Numbered from the stretch's first letter, positions 7,667-16,689 are shown. The stretch is 64,000 bases of DNA from a virus (IMGVR_UViG_3300037424_000993:11518-75517); one strand, 5' to 3'. The notes: generated from the sequence alone by a model not told the origin. Program-made: numbers and translations.

Positions 7667-7777
7667 TACTCTTACAACCGTAAGCGTAACCTGTCAACCG
7701 TCTATTTTGAGTCGCCTACTATCGACACGAGACCAGGAACTCTCGGTTGACAGGTTACGCTTACGGTTGTAAGAGTA
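7667..7777. promoter_or_regulatory. divergent mirror-image promoter/operator pair (34-bp perfect inverted repeat)
   Basis: 7667-7700 is the exact reverse complement of 7744-7777; each arm has TTGACA-17 bp-TAAGAG and a 26-bp near-palindrome. Confidence 0.85.
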
Positions 7778-7782
7778 ACCGT

Positions 7783-7947
7783 ATGACCTGGACACAACTC
7801 ACGCTGCACCTACCGGGCGGCATCCGGCTGGAGCTACTCAGCCTGTACCGTCCCCCAACCAAATGCCCGACTCTCCCGCCGCCAGCGGTCATTGAGACGC
7901 AGGGCAAAACGCTCGCGGACATCATCCCCATCCGGCGGGCCTCGTGA
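7783..7947 (+). CDS. small hypothetical protein, first gene of the rightward early operon
   Basis: ATG 7 nt after the putative -10; stop overlaps the next start (GTGA). Confidence 0.5.
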   Translation: MTWTQLTLHLPGGIRLELLSLYRPPTKCPTLPPPAVIETQGKTLADIIPIRRAS

Positions 7948-8153
7948 GCACCTACACCCCCGGCGACGCCGCCGAATACGGCTGCCTGTCCTGCGGCAAG
8001 CTGCCCCCCGTCCGCGGCTCGGCAAGCGCCAGCTACTGCTCGCTCGAGTGTCTCCACGACGGTGAGCATTCTGGCGACTCCTGCGAAGACTGTCCGGACT
8101 GTCGCGAGATTCGCGGCGAGGACGACATTGCGGACGAGCGAGGTGCAGCGTGA
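7944..8153 (+). CDS. Cys-rich small protein
   Basis: CLSC...YCSLEC...CEDCPDC; coupled overlaps. Confidence 0.55.
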   Translation: MSTYTPGDAAEYGCLSCGKLPPVRGSASASYCSLECLHDGEHSGDSCEDCPDCREIRGEDDIADERGAA

Positions 8154-8371
8154 CCGCCCTCGACTCACCCCTCAATGATTCGCGAGATGCGTTCCGACTC
8201 AACGTGAAGGCAGACATCGACCGCGCAGCGCGCGAAAACGCGGAGCTTGCCGCGGCGTTGCAACGCGCCTGGGAGCGCGGCGACGTTGAGCAGGCCAAAT
8301 GGCTGCTGGAGAGGCAAGTCCAGAAGGTGACGACGCTGCAGCTGAATCTGTTCACTCCGGAGGCACCATGA
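8150..8371 (+). CDS. hypothetical protein
   Basis: GTGA/ATGA coupled ORF, helical. Confidence 0.55.
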   Translation: MTALDSPLNDSRDAFRLNVKADIDRAARENAELAAALQRAWERGDVEQAKWLLERQVQKVTTLQLNLFTPEAP

Positions 8372-8811
8372 GCCACATCGAAGGCACGTTCGAGTGGGTG
8401 AAAGGTGTTCGCGTCGACTGGTTCGTTGAGATCGATCCAGACGACGACCCCAAGCGTCCCAACGTAGGATTCAGACTCCGTTACGCTGATTTGTCCGACG
8501 ACGAGCAGCCCACTGGGGAGCAGTGCAAACTCGACCCGGCCAGCGGCGACTTGATCGACTGGCCTTTTTGGGGAGGCCCGATGCTCGAGCTCCAAGACAT
8601 GCTGCGGGACTCGATTGGCGAGACACTGTCGGTGTGCCCGGTTTGCGATGAGCTGGTGTGTACCACCGCGCACCAAGGCTGCTGCTCTAGCGACTGCCTA
8701 ACGACATTCTGCGAGCGCTCGCACGAGGCGTTCTGCGAGGACTGCTATGGTGGGTCTGGACCCGTGACGGCGCAGGAGCGGTGGGACGCGGTACGGAGGG
8801 AGAAGCTATGA
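8368..8811 (+). CDS. hypothetical protein with C-terminal Cys cluster
   Basis: ATG at 8368 with GGAGG RBS; CPVC...CCSSDC...CEDC. Confidence 0.6.
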   Translation: MSHIEGTFEWVKGVRVDWFVEIDPDDDPKRPNVGFRLRYADLSDDEQPTGEQCKLDPASGDLIDWPFWGGPMLELQDMLRDSIGETLSVCPVCDELVCTTAHQGCCSSDCLTTFCERSHEAFCEDCYGGSGPVTAQERWDAVRREKL

Positions 8812-9083
8812 TTCCGCGAAGCGCTTGCGTCGGCTGCCGCGACAACTTCTACAACGGCCCCATGGGCGACAATGGCCGCTGCTGGCACGCAAAGAGCGGC
8901 AAAATGCAAACGCGCTATCGGATTTACAGTCATGTGCGTCCGACTGAGCCCTATGCATTTCATGAGATGCGCGTGCCTAGTTGCTACGGCGAGCGCGGGG
9001 CTGTCTTTTACAATGTGCTGCCCAATGTCGTCTCGCTCAAAAACGTGGTTCGCAGCAAGCGCATCGACAAGGAGTCCAAGTGA
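8808..9083 (+). CDS. hypothetical protein
   Basis: ATGA overlap; CVGCRDNFYN...CW...CY motif. Confidence 0.6.
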   Translation: MIPRSACVGCRDNFYNGPMGDNGRCWHAKSGKMQTRYRIYSHVRPTEPYAFHEMRVPSCYGERGAVFYNVLPNVVSLKNVVRSKRIDKESK

Positions 9084-9364
9084 GCTGGCAGCGCGGAGAC
9101 CGAGTCTGGTACGAGCCGAGCGAGAGCATCCGCTTCGCTGGGATTGTGCTGGGTGATGGCAGCTGCGCGGGTTCGGTGCGGATGCTGTTGACAGGGCACT
9201 ATTTCCGTTGGCGCTGGGTCAACTCCGCGCGATGCGGAGGACCGACTCCGCCGCCGTTCAAGAACGATGTAGCTCCAGCGATTGGCGCGGAGCGTCTTTG
9301 TGTTCGCGAGTGCTACCTCAGCATGGACGCCGAGTTCAGCAAGCGGGAGGAAACCGATGGCTAA
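9080..9364 (+). CDS. hypothetical protein
   Basis: GTG start with GGAG RBS; WQRGDRVWY SH3-like start. Confidence 0.5.
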   Translation: MSWQRGDRVWYEPSESIRFAGIVLGDGSCAGSVRMLLTGHYFRWRWVNSARCGGPTPPPFKNDVAPAIGAERLCVRECYLSMDAEFSKREETDG

Positions 9365-9527
9365 CTGCGAACACCCACGCATCACGCCCGCGCTCTACGC
9401 CGACTCGCCGCGCGCAGATCGCGAGCTCGTGCGGGTTCGCTGCGTCGACTGCGGGCAGTCGTGGCTTGAGTGCACGATGGGCGAGCGTAAGCGGCGGCGT
9501 AACGGGACTGTTGAGGTGCGGCCGTGA
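9357..9527 (+). CDS. small Zn-ribbon-like protein
   Basis: CEH...VRCVDCG; GGAGG RBS. Confidence 0.5.
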   Translation: MANCEHPRITPALYADSPRADRELVRVRCVDCGQSWLECTMGERKRRRNGTVEVRP

Positions 9528-9811
9528 CTCCCCAACCCACAACCCCAGCAGGCCACCGCGCCCTAGCCGACGTCGACGGCCCGCGGTCGCGCGCAAAGAG
9601 CTACTTCGCCGAACTCATGGGCAGCGAACTCACGTCGGAGATGTGCTTCGCCACCCGCGTCGTTTGGGCTCTCGAGGGGCACGAGTTGGACGCGAGGACT
9701 CGGCGCTGGCTTGAGGCGCTAACGGTGAGTTTTGACGTTGAGAGAAGGCTAATGGCGGCTGTCGCGCTCGGGCTGATCCGGGGTGATGGGCGCAGGAGAG
9801 TAGTACGGTGA
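9524..9811 (+). CDS. hypothetical protein
   Basis: Coupled GTGA overlaps on both sides. Confidence 0.5.
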   Translation: MTPQPTTPAGHRALADVDGPRSRAKSYFAELMGSELTSEMCFATRVVWALEGHELDARTRRWLEALTVSFDVERRLMAAVALGLIRGDGRRRVVR

Positions 9812-10476
9812 AAGACTTTTTCAGAAAACAATGGGACCAGGTGCCCACGGTGTGGATCGATACAGAAACGACTGGCGTCGTTGCTGGCGTTGATCGCGCG
9901 TGCCAGGTTGGTCTGGCGAGATTCGAGAACGGCAAGTGCGTTGACTCGAACGTATGCGAGATCAACCCTGGTATCCCGATCCCGCCAGAGGCCACCGCGA
10001 TTCACGGCATTGTAGACGCTCAAGTTGCTGGCGCTCCGACTATCGCGGAGTTTTTTGCAGACCCGCGCACGGTTCAGTTGCTCGAAGGTGCACAGCCCGC
10101 TGCATACAACGCACCTTTCGACCGGCAATTCGTTCCACCGTTCGGTGACTGGACCTGGCCATGGCTCGACTCATTGTCGATCGTTCGTGTTTCGGATCGG
10201 TTCGCCAGCGGAAAGGGTCGCCACAAGCTGGAAGCGGCGTGTCAACGCCACGGCGTAGCATTACCGAACGCGCATGATGCCGGTTCTGATGCGCGCGCCG
10301 CTGGAGAGCTGTTCTATGTCCTGGTGCCGAAGCTAGCAGGACTGGAGCGCATCGCGGTCAGCTCTGACTGTTCGCTCGGCTGGCTTCTCTCGTGGCAGCG
10401 CCACCGTGAAGCTGACGAGTGGTTCCGATTTCACGAGTGGCTTAGCAGGCAGCCGCCGATGGACGGTGCAGCATGA
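9808..10476 (+). CDS. DEDDh 3'-5' exonuclease (Pol III epsilon-like)
   Basis: IDTETTG (ExoI), AYNAPFD (ExoII), AHDAGSD (ExoIII). Confidence 0.92.
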   Translation: MKDFFRKQWDQVPTVWIDTETTGVVAGVDRACQVGLARFENGKCVDSNVCEINPGIPIPPEATAIHGIVDAQVAGAPTIAEFFADPRTVQLLEGAQPAAYNAPFDRQFVPPFGDWTWPWLDSLSIVRVSDRFASGKGRHKLEAACQRHGVALPNAHDAGSDARAAGELFYVLVPKLAGLERIAVSSDCSLGWLLSWQRHREADEWFRFHEWLSRQPPMDGAA

Positions 10477-11408
10477 CAGCAGCACAGCAGACAGGACGCC
10501 CGTACGTCGTGATCGGTTCCGCCGAAGATGCCGACTGGCACAACGCTAGGCGCGGCGGCATAGGCGCCAGCGAGATTGCCGTCGTCATGGGCGAGTCTCA
10601 GTGGCAATCGATTTTGGAGCTCTACTACAAGAAAACCGGCGAGTACTCACCGGAAGAGACCGACGAAAGCGAGTGGCTGCTGTGGGGCAGAAAGCTTGAG
10701 GATGCGATCCTTTCCGAGCTGTTCGAGCGCGCAGGCGCCACGTGCGACAGCACGCAGCCTCACCTGCGCAGCACGGTGCACCGTTGGTGTCTCGCTACTC
10801 CTGACGCTATGACAACGCACGGAGAGCCAGTGGAGGCGAAAAACATAGCATGGGGCTATGACCCAATGGAATGGGCCGAGCGCATCCCAGAGAAGTACTA
10901 CCTACAGACCCAGCAGCAAATGCTGGTCACCGGCGCCAATCGTTGCCTGTTCGGCGCGCTGCTTTGGGGCTCCAAACTGATCTGGGAATGGGTGCCACGA
11001 GACGAGGCAACGATCGCGCGCATCATCGATGCTGGGTCCGCGTTTTGGTCTCGGGTGCAACGCCGTGACCCACCGCTGAGCGACGGTCACCCGGGCGCGC
11101 GCAAGGTGCTGGGCATCCGCGCAAACGTTGATGAGGATGTCGAGTTGTACGAGCCAGAGATCGAGGAAATGCTAGCGTCGTACGAGAACAGCAACACGGA
11201 CTTGAAGGACTTGCGCGGACAAGTGCGCAGGCTCGAAAAGCAGCGTGACGCCTCAATGGACGCCATCGCGCAGAAGATGGGCTCATCCCGCAAAGGGTAC
11301 ACCGCCACCGGTTGGTCATTCCGATGGGAAACGGAAGAACGCCGCGGTTACACCGTAGAACCCAAGACGATCGAACGATTCAAAATCAAAGCGCCAAAGG
11401 CGCAGTAA
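10473..11408 (+). CDS. YqaJ-like viral recombinase exonuclease
   Basis: WHNARRGGIGASE...WGRKLE...ATPD...EAK...YYLQTQQQM. Confidence 0.92.
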   Translation: MTAAQQTGRPYVVIGSAEDADWHNARRGGIGASEIAVVMGESQWQSILELYYKKTGEYSPEETDESEWLLWGRKLEDAILSELFERAGATCDSTQPHLRSTVHRWCLATPDAMTTHGEPVEAKNIAWGYDPMEWAERIPEKYYLQTQQQMLVTGANRCLFGALLWGSKLIWEWVPRDEATIARIIDAGSAFWSRVQRRDPPLSDGHPGARKVLGIRANVDEDVELYEPEIEEMLASYENSNTDLKDLRGQVRRLEKQRDASMDAIAQKMGSSRKGYTATGWSFRWETEERRGYTVEPKTIERFKIKAPKAQ

Positions 11409-11417
11409 GGGAGAGCA

Positions 11418-12314
11418 ATGGCAGCAGTTAAAACACAGCGCAACGGAGAGATCGTGCGCAATGGGAACAGCGGAGGCAGTGGCGGCGCAGAAGTCGGCCT
11501 CGCTAAGTTCGTCGAGAATCACGCGCAGGACTTCGCGCGAGTTCTGCCCAAACACATGACGCCTGACCGCATGGTGCGCCTTGCGGTTAGCGCCGTTCGC
11601 ACAACTCGCCACCTCGACAAGTGCACTGTTCCAAGTTTCGCGGGCGCCATTATGGCGTGCTCAACGTTAGGGCTGGAGCCCAACACGCCGCTCGGCCACG
11701 CGTATTTGATTCCCTTCAAGAACAACAAGAAGGGGGGAATTTACGAGTGCCAACTTATCGTTGGGTACAAGGGTCTTACAGAGCTCATGTATCGGTCTGG
11801 CATCGTGGCTAGTGTAAAATGCAATGCTGTGTTCGAGGGCGACGAGTTCAGCTACGAGCTGGGGCTGCATCCCGACATCATCCACCGGCCACACTCGGAG
11901 GCTGGTCGTTGCGACCCCAACAAACTCACGCACGTCTACCCGGTTGTGCAGCTGCGAGAAAAGGGGCTGGAGCCAATATGGGATGTGCTCAGCCGTGACC
12001 AGATCGAGCAACGCCGAAGGCGCAGTCGCGCCAGCGGAAGCGGTCCGTGGGTCACTGACTACGAGGCAATGGCGAAGAAAACGGGCATTCGCTCGATCGC
12101 GACGTGGGTGCCTAGCAGCGCTGAAAGAACAGCCCCGCTCGCGGCTGCCATAGGCTACGAAGAAGCCAACGAACGTGGCCAGGGGCAGCGTGCAATCGCC
12201 GCTCTCGGGGACGCGGCGCAAGAGGCGCTCTACGACCTGGGAGCGTTCCCGACGGAAGACGATGAGGATGAGGAACACGAAGCCCCGTCACGCGAACCCG
12301 GGGAAGAGGGATAG
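11418..12314 (+). CDS. recT: RecT-family single-strand annealing protein
   Basis: LGLEPNTPLGHAYLIPF...LIVGYKGL...PWVTDYEAMAKKT. Confidence 0.95.
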   Translation: MAAVKTQRNGEIVRNGNSGGSGGAEVGLAKFVENHAQDFARVLPKHMTPDRMVRLAVSAVRTTRHLDKCTVPSFAGAIMACSTLGLEPNTPLGHAYLIPFKNNKKGGIYECQLIVGYKGLTELMYRSGIVASVKCNAVFEGDEFSYELGLHPDIIHRPHSEAGRCDPNKLTHVYPVVQLREKGLEPIWDVLSRDQIEQRRRRSRASGSGPWVTDYEAMAKKTGIRSIATWVPSSAERTAPLAAAIGYEEANERGQGQRAIAALGDAAQEALYDLGAFPTEDDEDEEHEAPSREPGEEG

Positions 12315-12319
12315 ACTGC

Positions 12320-12369
12320 GCCCGCCCTGCCGCCTCACCACCCCCATCGGCAGGGCGGGCCTTATTTTT
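12320..12369 (+). terminator. intrinsic terminator after recT
   Basis: GCCCGCCCTGCCG...CGGCAGGGCGGGC 13-bp stem followed by CTTATTTTT. Confidence 0.7.
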
Positions 12370-12378
12370 GGAGAGAAC

Positions 12379-13008
12379 ATGAGCAAGAAAACATCGGCCG
12401 AGACCGAGCCTAAGCTAGTGCTGGATCCCACAAAACCCGCCCGAAGCGCTCAAGCTCACCGACGCTCTCATTGCTGCAGAGCGGGAAACGAGGGAGAAAT
12501 GACCGACAAGTCCGTCATCCGCGCTCACCTAGAGTGCGCCCAGAAGGGTTATGCGGTGCATGTTACGTGCCTCGGCCCGGCTACGTGGAGCGACGAAACC
12601 GAGGACTACTACTGTCATCGGTGCGCTAAGCGTGTGCCGTTCGGGCTCGTGTGCGATCCCCCTGGGCACGACTACTACGAGCGTGATGTTGCGTATTTGC
12701 TGGAGCTGCTCGAGGCAGAGCGCCGGGCGAACGCGCATGCAATCGCGGAGCTGTGCGGGCAGGTGAATTCGCTGCGTGACTGCGGACAGGACCGCGTCTG
12801 CGCTACTCCTCCAGGCTGCTGTAGGCACTGGGAGGAGCGCAACAGGGAGCTCGTTGGGCAACTCGAAAACGCTCTGGACGCCTCTAACGAAGGCGCTTGG
12901 ATGGCGCGTGCCCTTGATGCCGAAAGAGAACTTGCTGCCGGTCGCAGCGAGGCCGATCGGTTGACCACTTCCCTGCGTCTCGCCAACGAAGCCCCGCGCA
13001 GTAGGTGA
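12379..13008 (+). CDS. hypothetical protein (Zn-ribbon plus coiled coil)
   Basis: ATG at 12379 (GGAGA) or 12499 (GGGAG); YCHRC motif; heptad C-terminus. Confidence 0.5.
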   Translation: MSKKTSAETEPKLVLDPTKPARSAQAHRRSHCCRAGNEGEMTDKSVIRAHLECAQKGYAVHVTCLGPATWSDETEDYYCHRCAKRVPFGLVCDPPGHDYYERDVAYLLELLEAERRANAHAIAELCGQVNSLRDCGQDRVCATPPGCCRHWEERNRELVGQLENALDASNEGAWMARALDAERELAAGRSEADRLTTSLRLANEAPRSR

Positions 13009-13012
13009 TTTG

Positions 13013-13261
13013 ATGACCCGCCACACGCTCAACATCGACGGTTGGCAGCTCGAGTACAACGACTACGAAGGGCTCGTCGGCTCCACCAGAATCAGCTCCG
13101 CAAATGGCGATGTCGACGTGGATATGGAAGACGACCTCGTGCACATCGAGTGGACCGAGAGCACTGATTATTGCTATGGCGCAGCAACGCGCTCGGTCCG
13201 TGTCCCCGTTGCCGTCTTAGAGCAGCTGCTGGAGTGGAGGCGCGGCGATGCCCAACGCTGA
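13013..13261 (+). CDS. hypothetical protein
   Basis: AGGTG RBS, compact beta-rich ORF. Confidence 0.55.
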   Translation: MTRHTLNIDGWQLEYNDYEGLVGSTRISSANGDVDVDMEDDLVHIEWTESTDYCYGAATRSVRVPVAVLEQLLEWRRGDAQR

Positions 13262-13448
13262 ATCAATCCGCCCACCACTCCCCGAAGTGACCCGTAAACT
13301 CAGGGAGCACTTGGACCGGCACCAGGACGCTCTACTCCACGCCCAGGCCATCCGGCGCGAGCACTCATCAGAGCGGCAGTTGCTCCGGGAGGCCATTAGC
13401 GACCTGCGACGTTGGCGGGAAAGCCAGGCTGGCGCACGCCAGACCTGA
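13248..13448 (+). CDS. hypothetical protein
   Basis: GGAGG RBS, overlapping the previous ORF. Confidence 0.5.
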   Translation: MPNAESIRPPLPEVTRKLREHLDRHQDALLHAQAIRREHSSERQLLREAISDLRRWRESQAGARQT

Positions 13449-13509
13449 ACGCCCCATCAGCACAAATCCCACGCAATTCCGGGGCGATGTCGATTTGTTG
13501 AAATAGCCC

Positions 13510-13545
13510 TGGACTGTCCGTACGCCGTACGTAATACTGTATCTC
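13510..13545 (+). promoter_or_regulatory. putative leaderless sigma70-type promoter of the HNH gene
   Basis: TGGACT-17-AATACT then 7 nt to the ATG; contains TGTCCGTACG. Confidence 0.5.
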
Positions 13546-13878
13546 ATGACACGGACGGAACACAGGGCGCGCAAAAACCGGGAGAGCCTGAGCAAGAGGC
13601 TCGGCAAGACCGGTCGCCAAATCAAGGCCCGCGACGCTCACCGCTGTGTCTACTGCGGGGCCTCCCATGACGGGATGCACCTTGACCACCTGACCCCCCG
13701 CTCCAAGGGTGGGGAGGACACACCGCAGAACTTGGCCACTGCCTGCCGACGCTGCAATTGCGCGAGGCAGAACATGACCTTGGCCCAGTGGGCAGCATAT
13801 GCTCAGGTCAAATTCGGCCTCGTTTTCACTGCCCGTCAAATCCGCGGCCAAGCCCGCAGGAGGCTGCCAGCATGCTGA
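13546..13878 (+). CDS. HNH endonuclease-domain protein
   Basis: CVYCG...LDHLTPRSKGGEDTPQNLATACRRCN. Confidence 0.9.
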   Translation: MTRTEHRARKNRESLSKRLGKTGRQIKARDAHRCVYCGASHDGMHLDHLTPRSKGGEDTPQNLATACRRCNCARQNMTLAQWAAYAQVKFGLVFTARQIRGQARRRLPAC

Positions 13879-14093
13879 TCAAGGACACCAAACTCACGGC
13901 CCAGCTGATCCGCTGGCTGCGGCAGTCGCACGACGACGGACAACCCGAGCTAGCGGTCCGTTACGTGGGGACCGGCGTGCACACAGACGTCGAAGTGCTC
14001 CGGCAAGACGGCTCGGAGCCCAGTGAGACAGAGACACTCGAGATTCAGGCGCGGATGGCCGCGCATGCAGTAACCAACAGGAGAGACCGATGA
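13872..14093 (+). CDS. hypothetical protein
   Basis: ATG at 13872, GGAGG RBS, ATGA overlap downstream. Confidence 0.5.
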   Translation: MLIKDTKLTAQLIRWLRQSHDDGQPELAVRYVGTGVHTDVEVLRQDGSEPSETETLEIQARMAAHAVTNRRDR

Positions 14094-14332
14094 ACAGCAT
14101 TGCAGACCGCATCAATCACCAGGACGCGCAGATATTGGCTCAGCACCCGACTGTAGTGCGTCGCGTCGAGAGTCACGGGACGATCTACGAGATGCGCCTA
14201 AGCGACGATGGCGATGCCATCCTGACATTCGGAGGACGTCTCTTGATCGGACCAAGTTCTCGAGAGTACGTCGAGTCTGCCGGGCGGGTGTATCTAGATA
14301 CTAGTTGGAGCGTCGATCTGCCGCTGTCTTGA
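14090..14332 (+). CDS. hypothetical protein
   Basis: AGGAG RBS; 80 aa. Confidence 0.55.
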   Translation: MNSIADRINHQDAQILAQHPTVVRRVESHGTIYEMRLSDDGDAILTFGGRLLIGPSSREYVESAGRVYLDTSWSVDLPLS

Positions 14333-14421
14333 CCGCTCCCCTGCCGCTCACTTCGGTCTGCGGTGGTGATAGCGGACATTGATGGACAGAGCCCCCTTGG
14401 GGGCGGAAAGTGAGATTGATA

Positions 14422-15108
14422 ATGCAATCAAACACGAAACACTCAGCCGAGTGGCTACAACATTCGGCGGTCGAGGCGGGGCAAGCCCTCCGCGAGGCGG
14501 AGTATCAGGCACAGCGGGCAGCGCTGCTCGTCGGCAGCGTCTGCGTTGGATGCGACGACTACTCGTCCCAGTTTTTTAGGCTCGATCGCCGGCCGCCGGC
14601 CGAGCTGCAATCACCCACATCATTCGAGCGCTGCAGTCTACACAGGCTGCCGGACGGCGATTGGCTGGAGATTCTCCGGGGCAGCGCGTCGTGGGTGCGG
14701 CACACGTACGACCGCAGTTATGCGCTCGACCGAGCTCGCCGCAGGCAGATCGGCGGGTACGTGCTTCGCAGCGATGTCGCAGCGGCGTGCCGCGCTGTTA
14801 TTGAGGCCGGGGCGAACCAGCTCAAAGTGTGTACGATCTGGGGTCACAACGCTTTTTCTGACGGCTCGCACGTAGCCAGTTACAGCGCTGAGCGCTCGCT
14901 ATACGCAGACGAGAAGGCTCAAGAGTGGATTGCATGTCTGCGCGAAGCGCGTGATATGCACCCCGGCAGCCATGGCGTGATAGACGCAGCTATCGCCGCA
15001 CTGAGCACCCCGGATGCGCTTCGCGCCTACCCCGCTCCCATTGACGCGGAGTTGTGTGCCCTGATTCGAGAGCTTGAAGCTGACCTCGACGAGTCAGCGA
15101 CAGCCTAA
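14422..15108 (+). CDS. hypothetical protein (repeat-preceded cassette 1)
   Basis: ATG 33 nt after the repeat start; N-terminal EWLQHSAVE shared with 15716. Confidence 0.6.
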   Translation: MQSNTKHSAEWLQHSAVEAGQALREAEYQAQRAALLVGSVCVGCDDYSSQFFRLDRRPPAELQSPTSFERCSLHRLPDGDWLEILRGSASWVRHTYDRSYALDRARRRQIGGYVLRSDVAAACRAVIEAGANQLKVCTIWGHNAFSDGSHVASYSAERSLYADEKAQEWIACLREARDMHPGSHGVIDAAIAALSTPDALRAYPAPIDAELCALIRELEADLDESATA

Positions 15109-15214
15109 GAACTCTACCCGGGCGCCTCAATGGGGCGCCTCTGTAGTGGACTTAGACGGCCCGACGATTCCCACGATTGAGCCCCCTTGGGGGCGTAAAA
15201 GGACTCATAGAATC

Positions 15215-15403
15215 ATGACAAAATCAACCCGCTTCGAGCTCCGCTTGACACCCGAAGAGTTCGCCCGCTGGAACGACACCGCCGAGTCCGAGGGTCGCAC
15301 GCTGGCCGGCTGGGTCCGCTGGGTGTGCGGTCAATACTCAGCAAAATCAAGGGGTTCGAAGAAATCGACACGGCGGACGAAGAAAGTGTCCCGAGGGGCT
15401 TGA
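15215..15403 (+). CDS. ribbon-helix-helix DNA-binding protein (cassette 2)
   Basis: TRFELRLTPEEFARWNDTAESEGRTLAGWVR: alternating beta strand plus two helices. Confidence 0.75.
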   Translation: MTKSTRFELRLTPEEFARWNDTAESEGRTLAGWVRWVCGQYSAKSRGSKKSTRRTKKVSRGA

Positions 15404-15434
15404 CTGTACGGACAATATCCGTATACTGTACAAC
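15400..15434 (+). promoter_or_regulatory. putative leaderless sigma70-type promoter
   Basis: TTGACT-16-TATACT then 7 nt to the ATG at 15435; contains TGTACGGACA. Confidence 0.65.
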
Positions 15435-15689
15435 ATGAGCAACGCAGCAATCCCCCAGACAATCGAAGCAGCCATCTCAGCCCTTGTAGACCAGGACGCG
15501 GCCAAATGGGGCGAGTCGGAGCGCGAAGCCAGCCGAGCGCACCACGCTAACCGTACCTACGGCCTGGCGCTCAATGAGCTAGCGAATCGCGCCTTCATGG
15601 CCGACTCGCCCGGCGCTGCCGACCTGGCCAAGGCAGCCAAAAAAGCGCTCACCAGATCCGATCGGGCCGTGCTCCGTGCGGCCAGATAA
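15435..15689 (+). CDS. hypothetical protein
   Basis: 84-aa Ala-rich helical ORF directly after the promoter. Confidence 0.6.
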   Translation: MSNAAIPQTIEAAISALVDQDAAKWGESEREASRAHHANRTYGLALNELANRAFMADSPGAADLAKAAKKALTRSDRAVLRAAR

Positions 15690-15715
15690 ACCCCAAGAAA
15701 GGTAGGACTACCAAC

Positions 15716-15997
15716 ATGAAATCGTATCCCGAGTGGCTGCAACATTCAGCGGTCGAACTGGAGTCCTGGGAAGACGCGGCAGCCCAAGCCGGCGATGCTG
15801 CGACAATGCTGATTGCTGGCATAGCGCGAGGCTGTCCCGCACGCGGCCTGCTCGGTATGACCGCGGAAGATGTCGAGCGCGAGTGGCCGACCGTTACGGA
15901 CTCGTCGTCGGGCGACGAGATAGTTGCATTATTGCGGTCGCCTGCACAGGCGTTAGCGATTGCTGAATCGTGGGGATCACCATACCCGATCGACTGA
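15716..15997 (+). CDS. hypothetical protein
   Basis: AGGA RBS; EWLQHSAVE motif. Confidence 0.6.
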   Translation: MKSYPEWLQHSAVELESWEDAAAQAGDAATMLIAGIARGCPARGLLGMTAEDVEREWPTVTDSSSGDEIVALLRSPAQALAIAESWGSPYPID

Positions 15998-16041
15998 GCG
16001 GCGATCCAAGAGCCCCCTTGGGGGCGGAAAGTGAGAGAATT

Positions 16042-16374
16042 ATGAGCGAAACTGAGGTACCCGCGAGCCCTAGCAGGTTAGCTGCCGTCGTTCGGGGATA
16101 CAGTTGCGCAGCGACGGACGCTGCCTGGCGCGCTGCTATAAATCGGTGGTTTGCCGGTCGGTGTGCGAATGGCATCACGTACCCAGAGTCCGTGTTTGCG
16201 TTGCGCGAGGGGCTGGCGTGGGCGCGCCCCGGGGAGGCCCCTCCGGATAGCGTGCACCGATACATGCGAGGATGGCATGAGGCGTCTAGATGGCGTGGCG
16301 GAGGCATGGCCCCAGAGGACGTATTGAGAGCGATCGCGGCTAACGCGGGCCCGGATGGGCCCCGACCCACTTGA
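16042..16374 (+). CDS. hypothetical protein (cassette 3)
   Basis: ATG 32 nt after the repeat start. Confidence 0.5.
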   Translation: MSETEVPASPSRLAAVVRGYSCAATDAAWRAAINRWFAGRCANGITYPESVFALREGLAWARPGEAPPDSVHRYMRGWHEASRWRGGGMAPEDVLRAIAANAGPDGPRPT

Positions 16375-16434
16375 TGCCTTCGAGCGATTCCCACAATTGA
16401 GCCCCCTTGGGGGCGTAAAAGGACTCATAGAATC

Positions 16435-16689
16435 ATGACAAACCCAATGAACAAACGAGCAAAACGCGCGGCAGACGCTGCAGCAGCAGAGCGCGATCGC
16501 ATCGATCACGGCCCGGGCAGCGAGGGCCAATGGAAGCACGACAATGCGGCTCACAACGCGCAGGGGCGTGCAGAGCAAGAACTAGGGCTCCAGCTTGATT
16601 GCGATGAGCAGGCGGCCGACGAAGCGGAGCATGCCGCGTTTCTCGCGGAATTCGAACTCGAAAAGCGCCGCGCAAGCCGCTCGCGCTAA
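16435..16689 (+). CDS. hypothetical protein (cassette 4)
   Basis: ATG 36 nt after the repeat start, AGGA RBS. Confidence 0.55.
   Translation: MTNPMNKRAKRAADAAAAERDRIDHGPGSEGQWKHDNAAHNAQGRAEQELGLQLDCDEQAADEAEHAAFLAEFELEKRRASRSR

Noticed and set aside
7697-7750. Twin ORFs both starting MTGYAYGCKS in the track
   Set aside because: An artefact of the inverted promoter repeat (TTG of the -35 box read as a start); the real starts are 7658 and 7783
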